In this document: positions 35,414 to 50,417 of the stretch, piece after piece
How positions within the stretch are numbered: the first letter of the stretch is position 1
Layout of the letters: the number at the start of each line of letters is the position of its first letter
Source: Octopus bimaculoides
Lineage: Eukaryota
Direction: 5' to 3'
NCBI RefSeq assembly: GCF_001194135.2
Contig: NC_068984.1
Span: 51,006,725-51,070,724, forward strand
DNA length: 64,000 nt
Position numbers and translations under genes: made by a program
Notes under the pieces: model-generated
The model's database searches: none
Told to the model about the DNA's origin: nothing
Seen by the model: only the letters and a program-made list of their open reading frames with translations

Positions 35414-37386
35414 ATATGCATATATTATTCATACTATTATATGGCTGAACGCCATGCATCCTCTTCCAAGTAAGTTTTATCTTATATATATATATATATA
35501 TATAAATTATGATAAAAGAAAGATGTTTCATACATATGTGGTAGGTGTATGTATATGCATCTGCACCTGCACATTTAGATATGCATATATATACTTATAT
35601 ATCATATGTAATAACGAAGAGAAAAAGAAAATGACAGTTACATAGACAGACATTTTCAAAACAGAATTTTGCACTACAGACGTTGTGGTAACCAGAATTT
35701 AATAACAGCTTTATTAACGTAGCTAACCAGAAAGAAACTCTGGACAAATACCGATATAAGAAAAACAACAAGGACATCAAAATATGTGAGAGTTATGTTC
35801 CGAGGGAAAATACTCTTCTCTTGCTTGATGAATACACCAATGAAAGAACAAGAATTAGAATCCTACACCAACATCTTGCCATAAATGGGGGTGAGTATGC
35901 CCATAAAAAACAGTTGGAAGAAGCCCTGACTGTTGGGTGGAACGATATTGTTTCTCTCGACCGGGATAAGGCCTATGGAAACATGTGCTTGGTCTTTAGA
36001 TCCGAAGGCATTGCAAATTGACAGGCAAAGCTGATGTACCACACGCTTCCTAAAAGTCTGGTGTCGTACTATTTGGGGCGACTAAGAGAAGAGTCGAAAT
36101 TAGGGAACATTAATAGTGACATTTAATCTTCTTGACTCATCGTAAACTTAGTAACATGTTCAGGCGGTTTGTTTAGAGATAAACGGAAACAATATGTGGT
36201 CAGATTGGTCTGTATAGACATGCAAGTCAACTCCACAGATCACAAAGCTATCCCAAAGCTGCGTCTCGTTATGGATACAGAAAGAATCGATAAATTCTCC
36301 AAATATAATTTGTCATTTCTTATTATGATAACCTGTCTGTTTCTCTCTACAGCTTCGATGATTTTCAATGTTTAATTTTTTATATCTTCCTCATTGTTTG
36401 ATCAATTCCGATTTTGTCAATTGGAAGGTCGGGGCTTTCACACAGTTATCTTTCTTTGGTTGGATTCTTCTGGATTAACTGTTTTTGTTTTAAGTGTGTT
36501 TTATATGTTTCTGTTTATCAGTTGAATTATTACTTTTCAGTAATGTTATTTTTGCAATGTGTTAATGCATGAATGTAATGTTCGAAATCTGAAATCTTGT
36601 TTATATATCAGTCTTTATGTACTTTTCTTACCTCGAAAGCTTCTTTTATTACAGCCGTTAAACTCTCCTTACCTCCAATATACTTTTTATGTCTATATTC
36701 TTATATTTTGTTAGCTTATCAACTACTTTCAAAGCAATGCTCCTGAATTTAAATCATATGCGATTGAATCGGAAAAGAAATCTTTTTCAAATATTTAAAT
36801 GGTAAAAGTAAATCCTGGTACCTCACAGAACCGGCTAGAGCTTCGTGCATAATATTCCAAGTTGATCACGTCTTTAAGAAATTGGATATGGCAGTTACTA
36901 GATAAATGTAATAGATTTCAATCGTCGAAACTACTGGGTGTGATAAGATGTAGAAAAGAAAAGGAAAAGCACCAATAGAATTTCTAACATAAACACAAGT
37001 TCACAAATATTTAGGTGGGATATAGTCGATTAAAAATGACCTTTTTTCCAAGTGCATTACCGGTGTGTATTTTCTTGTCATCGGATTGATGAAAGGAAAA
37101 ATCGACCCTGAGTTAGGGACATAGCGTTCTGACAAACCACTCATCCACAACATTACTTATATATTAGAAGCTTAATGCTCAGAGTAAAAAGATATGTAAA
37201 CTATTTTTTAAATAAAAGTAAAATAGAATAAGGAATGTGGAGTCCCAAATCCACGGCAGTAGAGTTAGAGTTTAAAAAAAAATAAAACATGTCAATATTC
37301 AATAGTCAGTATCCAGTAGCATTGAATGGAGAAGTGATTCCATAAGGAAGGTCTGACTTATTTGCCAATATCAATATCTAAACTAT

Positions 37387-37567
37387 AAAGCAGTGAACTA
37401 GCAGAATCGTTAGCTCGTTTTGAGTTCAACTTCCACTAAGGTCGACTTTGCCTTTCATCCTTTCGTGGTTGATAAAATAAGTACTAGTCGAGCATTAGGG
37501 TAGATGTAATCGACTTTCCTCCTCCCTCGAATTTGGTTAGCCTTGTGCCAAATTTTGAAACCAATAT
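37387..37567 (+). mobile_element. SINE family B with internal deletion
   Basis: gagttcaacttcc...gtcgactttgcctttcatcctttcg...ccttgtgccaaattttgaaaccaatat. Confidence 0.8.
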
Positions 37568-39195
37568 CCAAATCTAAACTACTAGAGCTACCGAAATAAA
37601 TTAAGTAAAAAACCGTAAACCCAGCTAATATTATAAACCAATAGATCACTTCAATGCCAGTGATCTCATTAAATGAAATTTATTCACAGGGATGAGTGAT
37701 TGAGTTGTGCGTTCCATTGGGCATTATGCCGACACTTTCAAACAAAACGGGAGTTACTAAGCATAAGCGTGCAGCAAAATCAGATTTTAACAATTGTAGA
37801 GCTACAATATCCTGAGCATGTGTGTGCAAGTTGACAATACGTTTGAAACAAAGAGAAATGTACGTAATCTAATGTATTAAGACTTTGAAGAATATAAGTA
37901 GCAAGTTTGTGGGGTATGATATATAAAAACGTATATTATCAATACAAACTAGAGCTCACTGCTTTGTACACAGCCTAAAAAGAAACCGATCAGACTGAGA
38001 ATAGTTTCCAAATAAAGCACCTTATATACAATAATACACCATACACAGCCCTATATACATCACATCTTCATGCTAGCTAGACATCCATAGTTTCCACGAA
38101 CTACTGCCATAAAAAATCCTTCAATGAAGACAGAACATTCCAGCTTTAAGGATATAATTGCTACATATATCAAGGAAACAGTCGTACATAAACCGCTTTA
38201 TTTATGAACTACACATTGTAGCACACACGTTGACAAATTCACAATGAACTACACGCAACGAACAGCACTCAATGAATAACACACATAGCCGTCAAATTAC
38301 TAAGAGTCACAGTTGCCGAAGATCACTCTTGGTGTCTAAACATTATACAAAATTGCTAAATCTGCCTCATAAAGAACAGACTTGTCTAATTAGATCAGTT
38401 GATGAGCCTCTACAAAACTTAAATACTACGAACAGTAGTATTTACATATATCAGATGTGTCTGCAACAATCCATACAAACATGCGAAAATAAACGGGAAA
38501 TAACTTATTCGACTGATTATTATAGATTCATTCACCAACAGTTAAAACAAAACAATTCACAGATGCTCAGTTTTTTCCCCTTTGAGACTTGTTTCCTTTT
38601 CTCAGAAACACCTTGTTTCGTGACATCTTTCCACCAATCTACCCAATATCGTTCTTAACACCTTGTCCAGCCACACGTCCCAGAGTTGCAACGCTCAAAT
38701 TCAAGCCACGCTCATATTTTTATTTTGTAGTTATCTCCTTGAGTAATTCAAACAACGCACCCGCCTTATTCATCGCATCATTCTGCAAAAGCCTATGTGA
38801 TAAGCAGCAATATTTTTCCTGAAAATGGAAAAAAAATTATAGTTGTATTTCTGGATGATCATTTTCCTTTTTTTTTCTTTTTGCCAAATAAGCAACCTCA
38901 CTATATATTCGTTCTTCACTCGTTTATTACTGTTCTTATTTCAAAATAAGAACAGTAATAAATGAGTGCAGAACGAATATATAGTGCGTGTGTTTATTTG
39001 ACAGAAAAAAATAAAAAATAAAAAATATGACCATCTCGAAATACAACAATATCTGTTTCGGAATCTTGCAACACAAATTCATAACGAAAAAATATTGCTG
39101 ACTTTTATATAAGCACAAAAAGTAATTTTCAGCATATTCATAAAATAAATTACATCAACATACATGCGCACATACACACACATTCACACAGAAAC

Positions 39196-39196
<1 letters not shown>

Positions 39197-39275
<79 letters not shown>

Positions 39276-39285
39276 GTGTGCGTGT
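39197..39285. repeat. (TG)n microsatellite (others at 7750-7822, 31505-31572, 45442-45510)
   Basis: Direct reading. Confidence 0.95.
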
Positions 39286-39744
39286 GTATAACATGGAGAG
39301 GGAGGGAGGGAGAGATAGTGAGGGAGGGGATAAGAGAAAGACAGAGTTTTGTTTCCTTTCTGAAAACTCAAATAATAATCGGATTTTTGTTCCGTATTCC
39401 TAAAACTTACCTTTTAATATGAAATGCTGCTGTTTCGTTCAATGGCCCCTTCAATGTGAAAATATTCATTTTGTCAGAAGTAAGTGTTTTCCCGGTCGAA
39501 ATGAAAGCATTTTAAAATTTTGTATGGATTATTATTTCAAGGCTTACCGTGCAATATATCCCATTATACACGAGCCTCGATGGCTTGCAAAACTCTTTTA
39601 ATAGACTTCTTATACGAATCCATCTCCCCGATACACACGTCTTCACTGAACTTTATATCCTCATAAAGAAGTCAAATGCATTTTGCTGTTAATAGTTCTC
39701 TCTTCTATTGATACTCGATACACCTAAGTAGATAATAGCTTTCG

Positions 39745-40141
39745 TTTACTTGTTTCAGTCAATTCGCTGCGGCCATGCTGGAGCACCGCCTTGAAGTGTT
39801 TTAGTCAAATAAATCGATCCCAGGACTTTTTCTTTTAAAAACCTAGTATTTATTCCATCGATCAATTTTGCCGAACCGCTAGTTATGGGAAACGTAAACG
39901 CACCAATACCAGTTGTCAAGTGGTAACAGAGGAACAAACACAAGCCACAAAGAACAAACACATAGATATATACATATATATATATATACGACGGAGGTCT
40001 TTCTGTTTCCGTCTGTCAAATCAACTCACAAGGCTTTGGTCGGCCCGAGGCGTTAGTAGGGAGCACTGGCACGCAGTAAGACTGAACCCAGAACCATGTG
40101 GTTGGGAAGCAAGCTTCTTACCTCACAGCCACGCCTGCGCC
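39745..40141 (-). mobile_element. SINE family A, near full length
   Basis: Colinear with 14902-15602. Confidence 0.85.
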
Positions 40142-40153
40142 TGCTAAAGACAC

Positions 40154-40204
<51 letters not shown>

Positions 40205-41300
40205 TACTGACATAGGTGAGATAAATAAACTTAGATGAGAAGCAAAGAGCCATACAAGAAGATACATAGAAAGAACAGGGATAATAACTAACAAATGATA
40301 GAAAAACTTTTATGTGCGTGTGTGAGTGTGTGCGTGTGTGCGCGCGCTGAGTGTCTGATTTGCGCCTCTATGTACTGTTCGGGGAGTAGTGAGAGGTAGT
40401 AATTTTTGAAGTGATATGTGTGATAATGTCATGCCACCTAAGAATACAGAATTATTTCGCCCTCCCACGCACCATAGCACCACCACCACCATTATCATCA
40501 CATCTAGGGTAAACAGAATGTGTTTAGAACAGAACGCAACATAGATCAGTGGAGTTATGGGGGAAATACTAAAGTATGTGTAACTATGTTTGTTTGGATA
40601 ATTAAATTAGATTCAAGTCATTTACTCTTAGTTGTTTATATTTCGTTTATGATTGTTTTAATGGTTGCTTTTGTTGTTGACGCTGTTGTTTTAGTGGTTG
40701 CTGTTACACTCTTCATCAGTCTCTGAAAATATCATTGTTTTTTATATGTATGTATGAATGTATGTACGTGGGTACGTATGTATGTATGCACATGCGTATG
40801 TACATATGTATGTATGTATGTATGTATGTACGTATGCATGCGTATAAAAAGTATGTATGTATCTATGTTTGTATGTATGTATGTAAAGTATGTACATATG
40901 TACGCATGTATGTACGTATGTATTTTGTGTTGTCTCGGTATATGTGCGCATCTGTGTCAAGTGACAAAGTGCTGTTTAGTTGGATACCCTCGAACTAGGC
41001 CTACGAATCAAGTCCGAACTCAGTTCCTTTAACTACTTCACGCTATCTCAGGAAAAACCATATTCATTTAAAATAACTGATCAGCAGCTGATGGACCTCT
41101 AACAACGAAATCTCATGTCACAAACATTCTATTTTGTGACACTGGTGCGGTTCTACATGATATAGATTTATCAATTACATTGTAGGAGTACACACATAGA
41201 TACTCCATCCAAGTATTTTAGTTCCTCTGTATTAAAGAAGGCATGTACATTGGGAAACAAGACCTCTCCAATAATCTTGGTTGCGAGCGTAGTCACACAT

Positions 41301-41344
<44 letters not shown>

Positions 41345-41839
41345 GTATGTACATGAATATATATATATATGTGTGTGTGTGTGTTTTTGTACTTGGGGAT
41401 GGTCATATTGCCAGTTTAGCCAATAAAAACACACGCACTGTATATTTGGTGTTAATTTGCTTCAGCTTTATATTACATTACATTACATTAATCCTATTTT
41501 CGCTAGAGTTCTTTCATTACACTTCTGTGACCTCATCAGTGGTCCTTTGCTTTCTTCTTTCTTATGTGTGTCTATGTTTTGTAAGTGCATGTGTGTGTAT
41601 GGGGAGTGCCTGTATTATCTATATCCTCTGTTAATACATACATACATACGTACATACATACATACATACATACATACATGCACGCATAGATTTTTCTTAT
41701 ATGGCAGGGAGCAAAGTGCAATAACATTATTTAGTTCAGTTTGTTTCTTTATATTTTCAATCAAACTATCATTATAAGAATGTAACACACGATGCTATAT
41801 TGTTTGTACAATTAATATCAATTACTTGCTTACAGATAC

Positions 41840-41972
41840 CACTGGGCTCGACTTTCATGCTTCCAGGGTCGATAAAATAAGTACCAGCCAGTTGAACACA
41901 CTGGAGTCGATCAAATCGACCTAACCCCTCCCACGAAATCGCTGGCCGTGTGCCAAAGTTTGAAACCAATAT
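41840..41972 (+). mobile_element. SINE family B, 3' half
   Basis: ctcgactttcatgcttccagggtcgataaaataagtaccag...gtgccaaagtttgaaaccaatatt. Confidence 0.75.
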
Positions 41973-42544
41973 TAATTACTTGGCACTGCATATGATATTA
42001 ATTATTTCCAACTTACAATATTTTCCATATTCAAGAATAAGCTTCCTGCTTCTAAGTAAAAATGAAAGTATTTTTTTCGATAATATAATTAATATAATTA
42101 ACCCCCCTTCTATTCCACTACTCAATGCTGACATACATAGTAGTAAAATAGAATTGTTCATGGATATGGAACATATAGGAAGTATTAAATATTAATTTTT
42201 TAAAGAGCATTAAACGTTGTGTCACGTAAGATAACGATATTTTTGAAGGAAAGTAAAGGAAAAATTTGAAATATTTTGATACGATTTCCTTCTTTATACG
42301 AAAAATGGTTGTATCAAAACAGTTTATAAAATATAAATTTGTCAATCACCACAATGAGCAGTGTCGCTTCGAGATTTATTCGCACCTGTTGGAGCAGAAA
42401 GAATACCAAAACAGACAGGTACACAATGCGGTCTCTTACGCACTCTTACACGCTCACGAACTATGCATAACACTTAAAAGATAAGGTTGATGATGGAAAC
42501 TTCTTTAACACAGATTGAACACCACTACCCGATTCTAAAGCGTC

Positions 42545-42716
42545 AGGTGGTGCTGGTATATTTACGTCCCCGTAACTTAGCGGTTCGGCAAAAGAGGCAG
42601 ATGACTAAATACTAGGTTTACAAAGAATAAGCTCCGGAGTCGATTTGCTCCACTAAAGGCGCTGCTCCAGCATGGCCGCAGTCAAATGACTGAAACAATT
42701 AAAAGAATAAAAGAAG
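42545..42716 (+). mobile_element. SINE family A, 3' half
   Basis: tttacgtccccgtaacttagcggttcggcaaaagag...ctccagcatggccgcagtcaaatgactgaaac with an aagaataaaaga tail. Confidence 0.88.
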
Positions 42717-43715
42717 ATATATATATATTTATATATATATATATATATATATATNNNNNNNNNNNNNNNNNNNNNNNNNNNNNNNNNNNNNNNNNNNNNN
42801 NNNNNNNNNNNNNNNNNNNNNNNNNNNNNNNNNNNNNNNNNNNNNNNNNNNNNNNNNNNNNNNNNNNNNNNNNNNNNNNNNNNNNNNNNNNNNNNNNNNN
42901 NNNNNNNNNNNNNNNNNNNNNNNNNNNNNNNNNNNNNNNNNNNNNNNNNNNNNNNNNNNNNNNNNNNNNNNNNNNNNNNNNNNNNNNNNNNNNNNNNNNN
43001 NNNNNNNNNNNNNNNNNNNNNNNNNNNNNNNNNNNNNNNNNNNNNNNNNNNNNNNNNNNNNNNNNNNNNNNNNNNNNNNNNNNNNNNNNNNNNNNNNNNN
43101 NNNNNNNNNNNNNNNNNNNNNNNNNNNNNNNNNNNNNNNNNNNNNNNNNNNNNNNNNNNNNNNNNNNNNNNNNNNNNNNNNNNNNNNNNNNNNNNNNNNN
43201 NNNNNNNNNNNNNNNNNNNNNNNNNNNNNNNNNNNNNNNNNNNNNNNNNNNNNNNNNNNNNNNNNNNNNNNNNNNNNNNNNNNNNNNNNNNNNNNNNNNN
43301 NNNNNNNNNNNNNNNNNNNNNNNNNNNNNNNNNNNNNNNNNNNNNNNNNNNNNNNNNNNNNNNNNNNNNNNNNNNNNNNNNNNNNNNNNNNNNNNNNNNN
43401 NNNNNNNNNNNNNNNNNNNNNNNNNNNNNNNNNNNNNNNNNNNNNNNNNNNNNNNNNNNNNNNNNNNNNNNNNNNNNNNNNNNNNNNNNNNNNNNNNNNN
43501 NNNNNNNNNNNNNNNNNNNNNNNNNNNNNNNNNNNNNNNNNNNNNNNNNNNNNNNNNNNNNNNNNNNNNNNNNNNNNNNNNNNNNNNNNNNNNNNNNNNN
43601 NNNNNNNNNNNNNNNNNNNNNNNNNNNNNNNNNNNNNNNNNNNNNNNNNNNNNNNNNNNNNNNNNNNNNNNNNNNNNNNNNNNNNNNNNNNNNNNNNNNN
43701 NNNNNNNNNNNNNNN

Positions 43716-43789
<74 letters not shown>

Positions 43790-44739
43790 CCTCTCTCTCT
43801 TGCATCCATTCTTTCTTTCCCTACCTCCTTCTCTTCTTTTTTCTCTTCCTCTAAATGCATACATCGGTTCTCTACTTATTTAGATACCATTGTTACAATA
43901 AATATTCTGAAAGCGTGGTGAATGGCAGAAGCGTTAGAGCATCGGACAAGGTAACTTACAGTACTTACTTCAGATCATTAAACAATCTGAGCTCAAATCA
44001 GGTCGATGTCATCTTAGTCTTTTATCGTTCCAGGATCATTAATATAAAAAAAATGCAGAAAAAACAAAGGATTGATTTAATTGATTATAACCCACAGCAA
44101 GTATATGGCCTTATCCCACTATAAGATCAATATTATTTTGGGGGAAATATTGGCGGAATCTTTAGAGTATAGAATAGAATGGTTAGTTCACATAATTCTG
44201 TAAGGAGCATAGGACCAGTTTCTCTAGCGTATATAATCCTCCTAGGAGAGGACGCCGGTCCGTCGCAGAGTTATTCATTTTTTACAAGATGAGTGGATTG
44301 GAGCAACGTGAAATGAAGTAATTTTTACTTATTCATCGACCTCTTTTGGAAGGCAAACGGCGGAGGAATGTAGTAGTTAGTAACGAATTTTTACATTCTG
44401 ATTTCAAATCCCGTTGTGGTCATTTAAGGCAGAGATTTTAAACCACAACTCCGCGCACAGTGCGGGTGTACTGCGTAACGTTAAAGTGATTCAGAAGGTA
44501 TTTAGAAAAACTTGAGGAATTTTAATGGATTATAGTGGTGCACGTGCATTTCTTTGCAACCAAAGGCAGCAGTTACCTCTGTATGAGAAAAAAGTTTTGT
44601 TCACGTTTATTTATTTTCACTTTAAAACTTTAAATTAAAGAGAATTGATTGTGTGCCGCAACATTTTTGGCATATTACTTAGTCAGGTGTAGTTAAAAAG
44701 ATAAAACAAAATAACATACAAATTCGCTAGTTTGGAGGT

Positions 44740-44960
44740 TGATGATATTGATTTCAAATTTTATAACAAGGTTAGCAATTTCAGGTGAGAAGTTTAAGTC
44801 GATGACATTGACTCCAGCACTCAAATGGTACTTATTTTATCAAACCCTAAAGGCTGAAAGGCAAAGTCGACCGACCTCAGTGGAATTTGCACTCAGAACG
44901 TAATGATGGACGAAATACCGCTAAGCATTTACCCGGCGTGCGGGAAAGATTCTGCAAACT
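44740..44960 (-). mobile_element. SINE family B, near full length
   Basis: Reverse complement includes ggcaaagtcgac, ggaatttgcactcagaacgt and gaaataccgctaagcattt. Confidence 0.8.
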
Positions 44961-45032
44961 TTCCGCACTACATAGAGGTCGATGATATTAATATTGGTTT
45001 CAAATTTTGACACAAGGTCAGCAATTTTGCTT

Positions 45033-45072
<40 letters not shown>

Positions 45073-45441
45073 NNNNNNNNNNNNNNNNNNNNNNNNNNNN
45101 NNNNNNNNNNNNNNNNNNNNNNNNNNNNNNNNNNNNNNNNNNNNNNNNNNNNNNNNNNNNNNNNNNNNNNNNNNNNNNNNNNNNNNNNNNNNNNNNNNNN
45201 NNNNNNNNNNNNNNNNNNNNNNNNNNNNNNNNNNNNNNNNNNNNNNNNNNNNNNNNNNNNNNNNNNNNNNNNNNNNNNNNNNNNNNNNNNNNNNNNNNNN
45301 NNNNNNNNNNNNNNNNNNNNNNNNNNNNNNNNNNNNNNNNNNNNNNNNNNNNNNNNNNNNNNNNNNNNNNNNNNNNNNNNNNNNNNNNNNNNNNNNNNNN
45401 NNNNNNNNNNNNNNNNNNNNNNNNNNNNNNNNNNNNNNNNN

Positions 45442-45505
<64 letters not shown>

Positions 45506-45856
45506 GTGTGTACGTATGTATGTATGTATGTCTGCATTACTACAAGTTGTATGGATGATGTTGGTTAATCGAAGTTTTCAGTTCAGTATATCACATGCGG
45601 AACCCTACGATCCATGCATTTATTGTGGAGGAGCTGATGAAATAAGCGACAGTGGTAGTGATTGGGAGAATAGAGGTCGATGATAAGGATGACGATGCTA
45701 CAGCGGTTGACGATGATAGTGAGATTGTGATGATGACGAAAAAGGCATTAATGATAGCTGAAGTGGCGTAGGGAGAAGAGCTGTTTGACGACAAGAGTTG
45801 AAAGATCAAGACATTTATTATATAGAAGATCGGTGGCGCCGCCAAGCATTAAATAT

Positions 45857-45916
<60 letters not shown>

Positions 45917-46277
45917 NNNNNNNNNNGCACGCAGATCTAGACTGGAATTCTTTGAAAAAAAAAAAGCGGGGCAGAAGAATTATTAAAGAACAACATACAA
46001 CACAACGAACAAGAAAACTAAATATAAAAGCAATAGCGACAAAAGAACATTAACAAACTAAAAAGACATCAAATAAAAACAGGATAAATATAACCCTTTA
46101 CAGAAGGTTTCATCAACATAAGCCGATATTGACTAAATCTCATGTCTCTTACTCCTCGCTTTCTCCTGAAATTCTGGCGATCACTTTGTTGCCATATCTG
46201 CAGCGAGCTTGTACCAGAGTGTGTGTATTTTATGTATACTTTATATGTGCATTATATATATATATATATATATGCAT

Positions 46278-46326
<49 letters not shown>

Positions 46327-46578
46327 NNNNNNNNNNNNNNNNNNNNNNNNNNNNNNNNNNNNNNNNNNNNNNNNNNNNNNNNNNNNNNNNNNNNNNNNNN
46401 NNNNNNNNNNNNNNNNNNNNNNNNNNNNNNNNNNNNNNNNNNNNNNNNNNNNNNNNNNNNNNNNNNNNNNNNNNNNNNNNNNNNNNNNNNNNNNNNNNNN
46501 NNNNNNNNNNNNNNNNNNNNNNNNNNNNNNNNNNNNNNNNNNNNNNNNNNNNNNNNNNNNNNNNNNNNNNNNNNNNNN

Positions 46579-46626
<48 letters not shown>

Positions 46627-47381
46627 TATTTATATATAATATCATACAAACGCGCGCATATATATGTATAGCTATCAGTGTATATTTATTAATACAGGCC
46701 TATACATATATATGTATGCATATATGTTTATATATACGCGCGCGCGCATTTGTGTGTGTAATATATATATATATATTATCCGTGTATGTGTTTATGTATG
46801 GATCTATACACACATATAATATATATGTACGTGTCTATGTCCATGTCAAACATTCAATATAAAGAGAGTGTTGTTTTCTTTGAACAATCCTGGGTTATTG
46901 ATAAACTATAATTGATTTCTTTTCTCTGAGACACAACGCTTGAAATTTATTAGGGGAGGAAAACCAAATAAGATTGTATAATGTTAATGCATATTTTAAG
47001 GTCATTAACGGCGCAAGCGAAAAACATTTCAGCTTGTCTGGGAATCGAAATCAGTTTGAGCTCTCAGGTCATGAGGAAAATAGTTTTAGTATTATATAAA
47101 ATGAAAATTGATTTAGACTCAGCGGTGTGATTAGAAAAACAACATCAACACTAATACGCATGTAAGGAAATTGAATGAAGCGCATCTGAGGCATATCTTC
47201 ATAAAAAACAAGAGTGATTATCAAATAGCGAAGTTAAATGCTACCATACATAATGTGGTGAGCACGATAGACTGGTTATTCCTAGGAAGACACAAGACGT
47301 AAATAGATTTTGAAGAAAGAAAGAAAGAAAGAAAAAGAACATATATTTAGTCCAAACGGAAAGTAGTTATCTGCAGTAGGT

Positions 47382-47444
<63 letters not shown>

Positions 47445-47900
47445 AGCCTGTTTTCCAACAGCATTCAAATATAGAGATACCAGCTAAAAATGCAAAGAAT
47501 AAAGTAATGGGAAAATTCATCAGATTTCTTCATAAATATGTGTGTGCGTGTGTGCGTATAAACGTTATATATGTGTGTGTGTGTGTGTGTGTGTGCGTGC
47601 GTGCGTGTGTGTTTATGTATGTGTGTTTGTATGTTCAGTATGAAGATGTCCGATGTAATCCAGATGGGAGCCCAATGTAGAATTTCCAGGTTGAGTAAAG
47701 ACCAGAGAAAGTCCGCTTAAGCGTTAAATATGTGGATTAAAGGCAATGAATATTACAAAGACTAATACGAGAAGAATAGAGTTTGACGATTGTGGTATTA
47801 CCTTAACGATTCAATGGCGAAAGATAGTGCATCAACGATTCGGACTTTAGTCCATCATTGGAAAAAAGAAACGGAAAATGAAAAAAAAGAAAAAACAAAC

Positions 47901-48000
<100 letters not shown>

Positions 48001-48439
48001 CTGAGTGCATAAATGAGAAGAAGAAAGGATAAAAGACACTGGCGTAAGATGAAAGGTTAGAAACCAGAGGGAATACATTTGTATTAAGACGCTAAGAAAG
48101 AGGTAGGGGCGAATGTGTAGATGCATGCATCTGTGTCTGGAAATGGTATAAGTGGGAATGGTGTGCGCGTGCGTGTATTAGTATGGTGCATACGTATGTA
48201 TTGATCTGTACAAGTGTGGAAGAACGGCTAGTTGCTTAGTGGCACTTCGGCGTGCGCGCGCACACGCTTCCGTGCGTGTGTGTGTATGTGTTATTAGGTT
48301 AATAGTGTGAAACTGTGTATGTGAGGATATATGTTTGAGGTTGGAGAAATAAAGCCATTTATTTTATCAATACCTTCATATCCATCCACTCTCATACATG
48401 GTATAGCAAGAGCAAGGTGAAAGGTACTACTTTATAAGT

Positions 48440-48960
48440 GTAGACGTTCAGAAACGAAAGCTCTTTACATTGTCGGTTCAAATCCAACCAAGGTCAAATT
48501 TGCCTTTCATACTTTTCGGGTCAGTAAAATAAAATACTGATTGAGTATTGGAGTCAATGTAATCAATAAATGTTCCTGTTTTAAAGCTGATAGCCTTGTT
48601 CCAGAATTGGAAACAGATAAGGAAGCCGGTTAGCAGGCTCGTTAGAGCGTTGGAAAATACCTTGCCCAATTTATCTTGGATCTTTATATTCTGGGTTCAG
48701 GTCCTGCCGAAGTCAACTTTATATTTTATCTTCTTGGGATCGATAAAATAAAGTACCAGGCAAAACAATGGGATCGATGGTATCGACTAACCCTTCCCAT
48801 AAATTTCTGGCTTTGTGTCTCTATTACAAACGGATGTCTAAGATGGCAAAATGCCTTGCGGTATTTCTTTCCATTCATTAGGTTCTGAGTTCAAATTTCA
48901 CCGGGCTCGACTTTACCTTTCATTCTTCTGGGGTCGATAAATGAAGATCCCAGTCAAGTG
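48440..48960 (+). mobile_element. Three diverged SINE family B copies in head-to-tail tandem
   Basis: The B-box/central domain recurs at ~48475-48540, ~48692-48760 and ~48884-48945. Confidence 0.7.
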
Positions 48961-49046
48961 CCGACCTGTGCAATAACTTAAGGCAATGATCACCATAATC
49001 AGCAATGGTGGTGGCGGTGGTGGTGGTGGTGGTTGTGGTGGTGGTG

Positions 49047-49104
<58 letters not shown>

Positions 49105-49689
49105 CTGAGACAATCTTTTGAAGTTCTTATTCTTTTCAATATAACGATATTTTCAGATCTTTAATAGAATTTCCGAATCGACTTGAAGCACCGGCAACAT
49201 TAATATTTCTTATGCCATTGTCTTTATTTCCTACCCCAGTCCTGGATCCAATTTCTTCTTTCTCTTGAGACTGTTATTATAATTTTATGTCTTCGTTTTT
49301 TTCTTTCTTCTTTAACTCTTATTCAAAGAGATCGATATGTAATGATTTAATAATCAATCATCTGAACTCAAGGCAACATGTTATTTTATTTTGAGCTTGT
49401 TGATAGTTTTCAGTGTCTTCATTTCTACGTCTTTTCATTTTCGTTATTTATTCGGGGATACATAAAATCGGCAGAAAATTGATTGATCGGATAAGCTTTT
49501 TGAACTACTAATTAAAAGGTGTTGAGATCAATTAATAGATGTTCGTTGTATCTCTACGAGAAAGAAATTTTTACGTGACTCAGTTCTGCTTCTTGAAAAA
49601 TGATACCAAATCACTTACTAAAAATTGAGGTCCTAACCAGTTAGTCAATGCGTTGTTATATAGCAAATGAGGTGATATTTTCACCATGA

Positions 49690-50225
49690 ATCATCAAGAT
49701 CATGACCGTCATCATCATCGTGACAGCTTGGGCAAATGCTTTTTACTACAGCGTCGAGTTTATCGAAGCCCATGTGAGGAAAATTGAATAAACAGAAAAT
49801 GTTTTAAATGCAAATGGATAAGATTGAACCTGTTATTCAATGGTTCAGCCTTGATGCTTATCGTGTCAACTCTTGGTTCTGATATCGTTGTCTATAACAT
49901 CTGATTTTCCTGCCCTCTGAAGTATGCTGCAAAAATCGCTTGCCTCGAATCCATCAAGATCATATTCTACCTACACGTGGCACAGAAGTATTTCCAAACA
50001 TTAGCTAGAGTGACAGTTTTCAGTGCCTTCCATGAAGCTGCTAAACTAAATATTCTAAACTTGAGATTGTAGTTCTTGATGTTACTAAGATTTATGTGTC
50101 CTCTTGTATCTTTTCTTCAGAACTTCATTCACATATCTTTGTACGTATTTTCTCTTGTAGGTCACAGTTATACATTTAACTCTTGAATGCATCTTAAAAG
50201 GTAACGCTGGGCGGCAAGAATAGAT
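49690..50225 (-). mobile_element. pogo/Tigger-type transposase remnant (C-terminal part)
   Basis: Broken minus-strand translation gives FLPPSVT, YKRKYVQRYVNEVL, NLSNIKNYNLKFRIFSLAASWKALKTVTLANVWKYF and LDGFEASDFCSILQRAG. These resemble TIGD/Tigger FLPPNTTS and N.K.AI.N.A.AW..V...TL.N.WKKL. Confidence 0.68.
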
Positions 50226-50417
50226 CAGTTATTTTACCAGTGTTGCTTTGTTCAATAATTGTCATCCCTTCACCTCACCACCAGAAAGTTTTAGAATATC
50301 TTGGTATTTATGCACTGCAAGAATGAAATGCGAGAGAAAATTGTCATTAAAGATAAGCATGTTGAACCACAGTTAAGTAGAATTGTATAACCTATAGTAG
50401 CTACCAGGTCATATGTA

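Noticed and set aside
36085-36115. GACT-loop-AGTC-GAAA hammerhead-like stem
   Set aside because: No CUGANGA core upstream and no stem I or III.
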